Under the pieces are notes generated by a model that made no database searches, was not told the origin of the DNA, and saw only the letters and a program-made list of their open reading frames with translations. This document shows positions 18,040-25,264 of a stretch of 34,106 nucleotides of DNA, one piece after another. The position numbers were made by a program, and so were the translations under genes. The stretch is from UHGV virus genome UHGV-0112930. One strand, given 5' to 3'. Source of the DNA: a virus. The number at the start of each line of letters is the position of its first letter. Position 1 is the first letter of the stretch.

Positions 18040-18873
18040 TCAGCAATTGGTCAGAGTGTCAGCGGGGGCGTTACCGCCTGTTGCACGCTGGCGGTAGTCC
18101 TGGCGGCTGTCTTCATGACTCAGCTTGTCCACCAGTTCGTTAAAGGCGGTTTGCTGTGCCTGCAGGGCAGTCTCCAGCTCAGACAGGCGTTCTTCCTGCT
18201 CAGACAGGGATTTTTCGGTGCGTGCGCTCAGATTCTGCTGCTCAGTGGCGACCAGCTCCACGGCCTTATGCACATCAGAGAACCGGGCGTCATCGGACTG
18301 CTCTTTTTTGGTAAACAGCGCCGTGACGCGGGCAAACAGGGACGGTTTGTCGTCCTGGACTTCTTCCAGTTCGATCACCGTTTCCTCTGCAGCGGTAAAG
18401 AGATTGGCGGGGTTCTGCTTGCGGTTTGCCAGCGGGTTATGGGCTGCACTGGCGCTGAATGTCAGCATTTCAGTGCCCAGACTGGCAGGGTCATCAGTGG
18501 CAGCCAGGCCAACCAGGTAGGCTTTGCCCGTATCAGCGAACTTCGGGCTGACTTCCATAGAGGTGAATAATTTCTGGCCTTTTTTCACCAGCTCCACCAG
18601 GGACTCCGTTGGCTCAACGTCGGCATACAGCGCCATCTTGCCTGCCAGTGGACCTTCCGTGATTTCTTCAGCAAACAGCGCCGTCACCTTGCCGTAGCGG
18701 TTAAAGGTGCTGTCCGGCAGATAAGACTTGATGTGCTCAAGGTTAATCAGCGCGGTATACACCGCCGGGTTGTAGCTGGCTGCCATCTGTTCCAGCCATT
18801 CTCGCTGGATTTCGCGTCCGTCGGTGGTGGCACCTTCCACCCCGATGCGAAAACGCTTTGCTTTCACTGTCAT
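18040..18873 (-). CDS. O: Capsid scaffolding protein O (P2 gpO-like)
   Basis: 277-aa ORF; acidic coiled-coil C-terminal half; first gene of the O-N-M-L... operon, divergent from P. Confidence 0.9.
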   Translation of the reverse strand: MTVKAKRFRIGVEGATTDGREIQREWLEQMAASYNPAVYTALINLEHIKSYLPDSTFNRYGKVTALFAEEITEGPLAGKMALYADVEPTESLVELVKKGQKLFTSMEVSPKFADTGKAYLVGLAATDDPASLGTEMLTFSASAAHNPLANRKQNPANLFTAAEETVIELEEVQDDKPSLFARVTALFTKKEQSDDARFSDVHKAVELVATEQQNLSARTEKSLSEQEERLSELETALQAQQTAFNELVDKLSHEDSRQDYRQRATGGNAPADTLTNC

Positions 18874-18951
18874 GAGCCGTGCTCCGTTAGAAAAAACTTA
18901 CTGGAGCCTTATGGTTGCGGTGATGGGGGCAGTGAAACAATGCGCGGTATT

Positions 18952-18969
18952 TGTACCGACAACCACACA
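18952..18969. promoter_or_regulatory. Ogr-type late activator box (TGT-N12-ACA) in the divergent O/P promoter region
   Basis: Perfect TGTACCGACAACCACACA within the 142-bp O-P gap; centre about 87 bp from the O ATG and about 56 bp from the P ATG. Confidence 0.6.
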
Positions 18970-19015
18970 AACCGCAGGCGGGGAAAGCCTTCATTCAAGG
19001 CTGTAGGTTTGTGCC

Positions 19016-20782
19016 ATGAACACCACACTGACACCCGCAGATCTCGATCCCCGTCGGCAGGCCATGCTGCTGTACTTTCAGGGATACCGCGTAGCCCGCA
19101 TTGCTGAAATGCTGGGCGAGAAAGTTGCAACCGTTCACAGCTGGAAAAAACGCGACAAGTGGGGTGACTATGGGCCGCTGGATCAGATGCAGCTCACCAC
19201 CGCCGCACGCTACTGCCAGCTCATCATGAAGGAGCACAAAGAAGGGAAAGATTTCAAAGAGATTGACCTGCTGGCGCGCCAGTCGGAGCGCCACGCGCGG
19301 ATCGGCAAGTTTAACAATGGCGGCAACGAAGCCGACTTAAATCCTAACGTCGCCAACCGCAACAAGGGCCCGCGCCGTCAGCCGGAAAAGAATGTCTTCA
19401 CCGATGAACAGATTGAGAAGCTGGAAGAAATCTTCCATTCCTCCATGTTCAACTACCAGCGCCACTGGTGGGAAGCCGGAAAAACCAACCGCATCCGCAA
19501 CCTGCTGAAGTCACGCCAGATCGGCGCGACCTTTTACTTTGCCCGTGAAGCCCTGATTGACGCCCTGCTTACCGGACGTAACCAGATTTTCCTTTCTGCC
19601 AGTAAGGCACAGGCTCACGTCTTTAAGCAGTACATCATCGACTTCGCCAAAGAAGTCGAGGTGGAGCTGAAAGGCGATCCGATGGTGCTTCCTAACGGAG
19701 CCACGCTTTACTTCCTCGGCACCAATGCCCGCACGGCCCAGAGTTACCACGGCAACCTGTATCTGGATGAATATTTCTGGATACCGAAATTCCAGGAGCT
19801 GCGCAAAGTGGCTTCCGGTATGGCTATTCACAAAAAATGGCGACAAACCTATTTTTCCACGCCATCCAGCCTGACACACAGTGCTTATCCGTTCTGGTCC
19901 GGTGCACTGTTCAACCGTGGGCGCAACAAAGCTGACAAGGTGGACATTGACCTGTCCCACAGCAATCTGGCCCCCGGCCTGCTGTGCGCAGACGGGCAAT
20001 ACCGCCAGATAGTCACCGTAGAAGATGCGGTGCGCGGCGGCTGTAACCTGTTCGACCTTGACCAGTTGCGCATGGAGTACAGCCCGGACGAATACCAGAA
20101 CCTGCTGATGTGCGAGTTCGTGGACGATCTCGCGTCCGTGTTCCCGCTCAGCGAACTGCAGGCGTGCATGGTGGACAGTTGGGAAGTCTGGACCGACTTT
20201 CATGCACTGGCCCTGCGCCCGTTTGGCTGGCGCGAGGTGTGGATCGGTTATGACCCGGCAAAAGGTACGCAGAACGGCGACAGCGCCGGATGCGTGGTGG
20301 TGGCACCGCCAGCCGTGCCAGGCGGTAAGTTTCGCATTCTTGAGCGTCACCAGTGGCGCGGGATGGACTTCCGTGCCCAGGCGGACGCCATCAAAAAACT
20401 GACTGAACAGTACAACGTGACCTATATCGGTATCGACTCGACAGGTGTCGGTCACGGGGTTTATGAGAACGTGAAAGCGTTCTTTCCTGCCGTCCGGGAG
20501 TTTGTCTACAACCCCAACGTTAAAAACGCCCTGGTACTCAAGGCCTACGACATTATCAGCCACCGCCGTCTGGAGTTTGACGCCGGACACACCGACATAG
20601 CGCAGTCCTTTATGGCAATCCGTCGCTCCACCACCGCCAGTGGCAACCGCCCGACCTATGAAGCCAGCCGCAGCGAAGAAGCCAGCCATGCCGATCTGGC
20701 CTGGGCAACGATGCACGCACTGTTTAACGAACCGCTGCAGGGCGAATCCGCCAATACCAGCAATATTGTGGAGATTTTTTGA
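19016..20782 (+). CDS. P: Terminase ATPase (large) subunit P (P2 gpP-like)
   Basis: 588-aa ORF; translation recognised as P2 P-like large terminase. Confidence 0.9.
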   Translation: MNTTLTPADLDPRRQAMLLYFQGYRVARIAEMLGEKVATVHSWKKRDKWGDYGPLDQMQLTTAARYCQLIMKEHKEGKDFKEIDLLARQSERHARIGKFNNGGNEADLNPNVANRNKGPRRQPEKNVFTDEQIEKLEEIFHSSMFNYQRHWWEAGKTNRIRNLLKSRQIGATFYFAREALIDALLTGRNQIFLSASKAQAHVFKQYIIDFAKEVEVELKGDPMVLPNGATLYFLGTNARTAQSYHGNLYLDEYFWIPKFQELRKVASGMAIHKKWRQTYFSTPSSLTHSAYPFWSGALFNRGRNKADKVDIDLSHSNLAPGLLCADGQYRQIVTVEDAVRGGCNLFDLDQLRMEYSPDEYQNLLMCEFVDDLASVFPLSELQACMVDSWEVWTDFHALALRPFGWREVWIGYDPAKGTQNGDSAGCVVVAPPAVPGGKFRILERHQWRGMDFRAQADAIKKLTEQYNVTYIGIDSTGVGHGVYENVKAFFPAVREFVYNPNVKNALVLKAYDIISHRRLEFDAGHTDIAQSFMAIRRSTTASGNRPTYEASRSEEASHADLAWATMHALFNEPLQGESANTSNIVEIF

Positions 20783-21807
20783 TGGGAAAGAGTAAGAAAA
20801 ACCGCGCAGCGGCGATGAATCAGATCCAGCATAAAAGCCAGACTTCAGCCGAAGCATTCAGCTTCGGCGATCCCGTTCCTGTTCTGGACCGTCGCGAACT
20901 GCTGGACTATGTGGAATGCGTACAGATGGACCGCTGGTATGAGCCGCCTGTAAGTTTCGACGGCCTGGCGCGAACATTCCGCGCCGCCGTACACCACAGC
21001 TCACCGATTGCAGTAAAGTGCAACATTCTGACCAGCACCTATATCCCTCACCCGCTGCTCAGCCAGCAGGCTTTTTCACGTTTTGTGCAGGACTATCTGG
21101 TATTTGGTAACGCCTACCTGGAGAAACGCACGAACCGCTTCGGTGAAGTTATCGCCCTTGAACCTGCGCTGGCAAAATACACCCGACGCGGGTTAGACTT
21201 GGATACCTACTGGTTTGTGCAATACGGCATGACTACGCAGCCGTATCAGTTCACGAAAGGCAGCATCTTTCATCTGATGGAACCGGATATCAACCAAGAG
21301 ATCTACGGCCTGCCCGGTTATCTTTCTGCCATTCCGTCAGCCCTGCTCAACGAGTCCGCCACGTTGTTCCGCCGTAAGTATTACATCAACGGCAGCCATG
21401 CAGGTTTCATCATGTACATGACCGATGCCGCGCAGAACCAGGAAGATGTGAACAACCTCCGCAATGCGATGAAAAGCGCCAAAGGTCCAGGCAATTTCCG
21501 AAACCTGTTTATGTACTCGCCTAACGGCAAAAAGGACGGGCTTCAGATTATCCCGTTGTCAGAGGTCGCAGCGAAGGATGAGTTTTTGAATATCAAGAAC
21601 GTTAGCCGGGATGACATGATGGCGGCGCATCGTGTGCCGCCGCAAATGATGGGGATTATGCCTAATAATGTTGGGGGGTTTGGGGATGTAGAGAAAGCCA
21701 GTTGCGTTTTTGTTCGTAACGAATTGATGCCGCTACAGAAACGGCTACAGGAACTAAATAGATGGTTGAAAGATGAAATTATCCGTTTTGCGACATACTC
21801 ATTATGA
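20779..21807 (+). CDS. Q: Portal protein Q (P2 gpQ-like)
   Basis: 342-aa ORF overlapping the P stop by 4 nt; translation recognised as P2 Q-like. Confidence 0.9.
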   Translation: MMGKSKKNRAAAMNQIQHKSQTSAEAFSFGDPVPVLDRRELLDYVECVQMDRWYEPPVSFDGLARTFRAAVHHSSPIAVKCNILTSTYIPHPLLSQQAFSRFVQDYLVFGNAYLEKRTNRFGEVIALEPALAKYTRRGLDLDTYWFVQYGMTTQPYQFTKGSIFHLMEPDINQEIYGLPGYLSAIPSALLNESATLFRRKYYINGSHAGFIMYMTDAAQNQEDVNNLRNAMKSAKGPGNFRNLFMYSPNGKKDGLQIIPLSEVAAKDEFLNIKNVSRDDMMAAHRVPPQMMGIMPNNVGGFGDVEKASCVFVRNELMPLQKRLQELNRWLKDEIIRFATYSL

Positions 21808-21839
21808 CGACAATATGTTCGCTGAACAGTAAAATATCA

Positions 21840-21866
21840 AGAAGGCCTCTTACAAGGCCTTCTTTT
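21840..21866. terminator. Bidirectional rho-independent terminator between convergent Q and the 582-aa cargo gene
   Basis: Hairpin agaaggcc-tcttacaa-ggccttct (8-bp stem) followed by TTTT on the plus strand, and by a moderately T-rich run on the minus strand. Confidence 0.55.
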
Positions 21867-21868
21867 AG

Positions 21869-23617
21869 TTAGAATGCGGATTTGATTTTTTTCTCAAATG
21901 CCTCATATACAGGCTGGTTCATTTGGGCCGTTGCAGTAATAAGCTGTGAAAAATTTGATATACAATCTTTAACTTTTGTAGGACTTTTCAACCCTCCTTC
22001 AACCAGTGCAGGCAGCAACTGATTACTTAAAGCCAGACACACATCTACAATTGGCTCCCAAATACTTTCAGCCTGAGAAGGAGAGACTGTACTTCCAAAC
22101 GAAACTCTAAATAAATTAGGAACGGGACGGCCCAAAAAGTTTTCCAAACATTCGGCAATAGCCGAGCACAATAAAGGTATTGAACCACGATGCCTGAGAT
22201 ATCCCAATTGAGCGCTATCATTTTTTGAAAGAGTATCTTTCTTTGCCAAAGCTATTTTCTTGTTCTCAATACACCGCATGAGAGAATACGCACAAACAAT
22301 ATGTGAAGCTTTTGTACTGTCATTAAAAATCTTAGAATAATGAGAGTCATTAGTCCAAATTGCAGATCGCTGATTATAAGCTACCGTCGGCTCTCCATGG
22401 AAACTCATCAAAGCTTGACCAACAGTATAAGAAGGCAGTAGATTAGTTTTTCGACGAATGACACTTTCAGCACCTCCTCGTCTTCCTCCATCATATTCAG
22501 CATCAGGAATAGAAGCAAATTCATTTTTAAGTCGTTTTTGAATTTTGTCTGTGCTTCTGAAATCAGATGCTTCAACTTTATTCTGACTGTTATTATACTG
22601 AATTATATTCTGAATTAGATCAGCATCCGCATCTTTGACTTTTATAAATCTAGCTTGGACTTTAACTGATTCTGGAGGTAATCGTGGCAGCGTTCCTAAA
22701 GCACCTGTTGTCTGTGCTCCATTAACTATTGACATCCCTCTGATTTCAAGATTCTTTGATGCTTCATTGAATTTATATTCATGAACCAAAACAGTTACGC
22801 CATTATTGTATGCCCAAAATTCTGATGCTGAATTTTCCGCACTGTTACGGATACCATTATTGATATTTGAATCAGATGACCTTGATCCAAGGTAGTCTCT
22901 AACATTTGCTGAAAATATTTTTAATTTATGCTTTTTGTACGCTCTAGCTAAATCTCTTCCCTGAATGGTAGTACAGAATGCATTCCAATTATCTCCTTTT
23001 ATTTCGTAGCCACCATCACTGACCTTAATATTGAAAATCTCATCAACCAGTATTGGTGATAGTGATTCACTATACCATTCCGTCAACTTTTCAGTGCCTA
23101 CCTCCATTGCATGCACTTGTATTTTAGCATCTTCAAAATCATGTTTTAAAATAGTTGTTGCTGTCTGCTGAACCGTAATTAGCTCTTGAGCCACATTTGT
23201 TGAAGATGGTAAGTTATGAACATACCAAACGTACAGAGTTTTAATTTTCCCTTGTTTGATTGATGTCCGTATCTGTTGAGCAGAAGATTTTATTCTATCG
23301 GGTACATCATGCAAATCTCTTTGCAGAAGCCATGCTAAAGCAATATTAAGATCACTCGCTTTATTTGCTGGAGCTTCCTGTCTATCTTTGCTTGAGAAAT
23401 AGCATTGAGCAAGTACAGCAAATTCTTCTTCTTCATTAATATACACAAGGTCACATTTCTTATCGTCATGTCCATCGGTAATGGACTCTGCTGCGACACT
23501 ATCAATGTCATCAATTCTAAAATGTAATGCTAACGCAAACAAAGCCAGTCCATTATCACCATACGATTTCAAATCTTCTCTTGCAGAATAGGCTTGGTTC
23601 CAGGTACTCATTATCAC
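21869..23617 (-). CDS. Large uncharacterised cargo protein (582 aa), candidate anti-phage / abortive-infection-type protein
   Basis: Long uninterrupted ORF in AT-rich DNA, unlike the GC-rich phage core, inserted between the Q terminator and the cos site. No P2 structural counterpart at this position. Contains NVRDYLG, EFWAYNNGVT and IVNGAQTT motifs. Confidence 0.7.
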   Translation of the reverse strand: MIMSTWNQAYSAREDLKSYGDNGLALFALALHFRIDDIDSVAAESITDGHDDKKCDLVYINEEEEFAVLAQCYFSSKDRQEAPANKASDLNIALAWLLQRDLHDVPDRIKSSAQQIRTSIKQGKIKTLYVWYVHNLPSSTNVAQELITVQQTATTILKHDFEDAKIQVHAMEVGTEKLTEWYSESLSPILVDEIFNIKVSDGGYEIKGDNWNAFCTTIQGRDLARAYKKHKLKIFSANVRDYLGSRSSDSNINNGIRNSAENSASEFWAYNNGVTVLVHEYKFNEASKNLEIRGMSIVNGAQTTGALGTLPRLPPESVKVQARFIKVKDADADLIQNIIQYNNSQNKVEASDFRSTDKIQKRLKNEFASIPDAEYDGGRRGGAESVIRRKTNLLPSYTVGQALMSFHGEPTVAYNQRSAIWTNDSHYSKIFNDSTKASHIVCAYSLMRCIENKKIALAKKDTLSKNDSAQLGYLRHRGSIPLLCSAIAECLENFLGRPVPNLFRVSFGSTVSPSQAESIWEPIVDVCLALSNQLLPALVEGGLKSPTKVKDCISNFSQLITATAQMNQPVYEAFEKKIKSAF

Positions 23618-23694
23618 TCCTTAGTAATAAAGTTTTAGCGAAGGTTATCTCTAAGAAGGTACATTTTCAATTCCATTTATCCCTCCAGCGCGCG

Positions 23695-23713
23695 CTCGTA
23701 TCCCCGCCACGCC
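23695..23713 (-). other. Putative cos site (cohesive-end sequence, 186/P2-like)
   Basis: Reverse complement reads GGCGTGGCGGGGATACGAG; the first 13 nt equal the phage 186 cohesive end GGCGTGGCGGGGA as remembered. Orientation matches Q being the cos-proximal gene. Confidence 0.5.
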
Positions 23714-23762
23714 TGCCCGCTTTATGTAGTGGTTTTCATGCACCTGCATGATCTACGCAAAA

Positions 23763-23784
23763 GCCCGCCAGAACTGGCGGGCCT
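23763..23784 (-). terminator. Possible rho-independent terminator (minus strand) downstream of the lipoprotein gene
   Basis: Hairpin gcccgccag-aa-ctggcgggc followed on the minus strand by TTTTG. Confidence 0.4.
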
Positions 23785-23886
23785 TAACACAAAAGATCCT
23801 CAAACGATCATGCGATCTCATGCAGCATAGACATGCGCGTTTATGCAGAATGTGCAAAATCGTAACATACTCAGTAAGCGTGAAAC

Positions 23887-24564
23887 CTAGAACGTGACAG
23901 CCTTGTCAAAGCCAGAAATAATTGTATAAGAAATAGACGAGTTATCAGCCTTGTTCACTTTGAACTTGGCACCTTTGTAAGCGATAACATCACTTCCCTT
24001 AGAATCTACAGAAAAATCTGTTGTAAATGCTGCACGAGCCATATCGTTTGCAAATTCACGATAGGTGAACTTCATTACACCGCCTGCATTTCCATTGTAT
24101 TCGATAGTCTTAACCAATGAATTACTCACTCGACACAGCCCATCAGGAACACGTTTGATAGAAATTTCTGATGCAGTATAAGAAGTGCCATTTGGCGGTG
24201 ATATCTCATTTTTTGCAGCATCGTAGCTAACATAATCAACATAGTTACCGATTTGCCCATAGAGATTTTTTAACGCAACAGCTTGAGGGTTATGATAATT
24301 GCGGTAAATTCCATTCCCCTCACTGCAATATGTACCAGCAGCGATAGAAGACAATGCACCATTAGCCGCACCAAGTTCTAGTACGTCCGTTTTAAATCCA
24401 GTAGCAGATGTGATAATGGGATCGCCCATGTAGGCGGTAGCACTTTGCCCAATAGCTGGCTTCACCACTTCAATAGCAGTGATATTTCGGTTAGAAGCAT
24501 GTGGCACGCAACCAGTTAGGATTACAGCAAGAGATATTGGTAACGCTACATTATTAATTTTCAT
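23887..24564 (-). CDS. Lipoprotein of unknown function (225 aa), phage cargo
   Basis: Start taken at MKINNVALPISLAVILTGC (lipobox LTGC) rather than the extended ORF start at 24618, which would run through an upstream terminator hairpin. AT-rich gene between cos and the SOS module. Confidence 0.7.
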   Translation of the reverse strand: MKINNVALPISLAVILTGCVPHASNRNITAIEVVKPAIGQSATAYMGDPIITSATGFKTDVLELGAANGALSSIAAGTYCSEGNGIYRNYHNPQAVALKNLYGQIGNYVDYVSYDAAKNEISPPNGTSYTASEISIKRVPDGLCRVSNSLVKTIEYNGNAGGVMKFTYREFANDMARAAFTTDFSVDSKGSDVIAYKGAKFKVNKADNSSISYTIISGFDKAVTF

Positions 24565-24598
24565 TTTTAGCCTATTATTCTTTTCTTGACAAAAAACA

Positions 24599-24623
24599 AG
24601 GCGATATCTGATTGACATCGCCT
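24599..24623 (-). terminator. Rho-independent terminator downstream of the dinI-like gene
   Basis: Hairpin aggcgat-(11 nt loop)-atcgcct followed on the minus strand by TGTTTTTT. Confidence 0.5.
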
Positions 24624-24677
24624 CTCACTCATATGTAACCCTTTTTGATTAGTAAAAACAAGCGTCTATTGACAAAA

Positions 24678-24911
24678 TCAATGCAGCCAGCTGTCGTCTT
24701 CCCACACCTTCTGCAAAATTTTCATCACTTGTTTTCTTTCTTCGTCCAGTTGCAGTCCGGTCAGTTCCACACCGTTAGAGCTACCTTTACGGATACGGAT
24801 TACCGTTTTGGGATACAGGGGGCGCAGATTGCGGTAAAGCTCGGATTCAAGGGCGTCCAGGGTAGACTGGCTAATCTTCTGCTCTTTATCGATCATTATT
24901 TCAATGCGCAT
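24678..24911 (-). CDS. DinI-like damage-inducible protein
   Basis: MRIEIMIDKEQKISQSTLDALESELYRNLRPLYPKTVIRIRKGSSNGVELTGLQLDEERKQVMKILQKVWEDDSWLH resembles E. coli DinI (MRIEVTIAK...ISEILQETWESADDWF). Start at the internal ATG, preceded by GAGGTG. Confidence 0.85.
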   Translation of the reverse strand: MRIEIMIDKEQKISQSTLDALESELYRNLRPLYPKTVIRIRKGSSNGVELTGLQLDEERKQVMKILQKVWEDDSWLH

Positions 24912-24921
24912 AAAAGTCACC

Positions 24922-25110
24922 TCAGCTGATGACATCCATTGAGCGGTTGTATTCGTGGCTTCTGATTTTTGCCATGAGTTCATCTGTCAGTTCAGAAACC
25001 CACTGCAGAGCCAGCCCCTTCTCTTCATCACTACACTCACTAGCCGCTACAAGCTTAAGAAAAAAATCAATGCGCTGAAGCTTCAAAGACTCCAAAAAAT
25101 AGTCCTGCAT
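24922..25110 (-). CDS. Small protein (62 aa) co-transcribed with the dinI-like gene, candidate Tum-like antirepressor
   Basis: ORF with strong SD AGGAGGA 5 nt upstream; stop 10 nt before the dinI-like start; LexA box in its promoter. Confidence 0.6.
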   Translation of the reverse strand: MQDYFLESLKLQRIDFFLKLVAASECSDEEKGLALQWVSELTDELMAKIRSHEYNRSMDVIS

Positions 25111-25151
25111 CTTTCCTCCTATGACACCACACGCAATGCTGTATACATAAC

Positions 25152-25171
25152 CACTGTTTATATTTACAGTA
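25152..25171 (-). promoter_or_regulatory. LexA (SOS) box overlapping the promoter of the 62-aa/dinI-like operon
   Basis: cactgtttatatttacagta contains CTGT-N8-ACAG with an AT-rich spacer, close to the consensus TACTGTATATATATACAGTA; it overlaps a TATACT -10-like hexamer on the minus strand. Confidence 0.7.
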
Positions 25172-25264
25172 TATAATAATCTTACTGATGTAAAACGTTT
25201 TTTTTACGCTTATCAGCCTGATATGCCTGGTATTATTAAGAGCACGAATTGTTAACCAGCGTAA

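Noticed and set aside
19010-19027. Additional TGT-N12-ACA match (TGT at 19010, ACA at 19025)
   Set aside because: It overlaps the P start codon and coding sequence, so it cannot be an upstream activator site for P and is on the wrong side for O; probably a chance match.
19511-20857. 448-aa minus-strand ORF antisense to terminase gene P
   Set aside because: It is wholly contained within the opposite strand of the well-supported P gene; the translation lacks any recognisable domain.
24565-24618. Extended start of the lipoprotein ORF (MSIRYRLVFCQEKNNRLK...)
   Set aside because: The extension runs through the terminator hairpin of the upstream dinI-like transcript; the MKINN start gives a canonical lipoprotein signal peptide.
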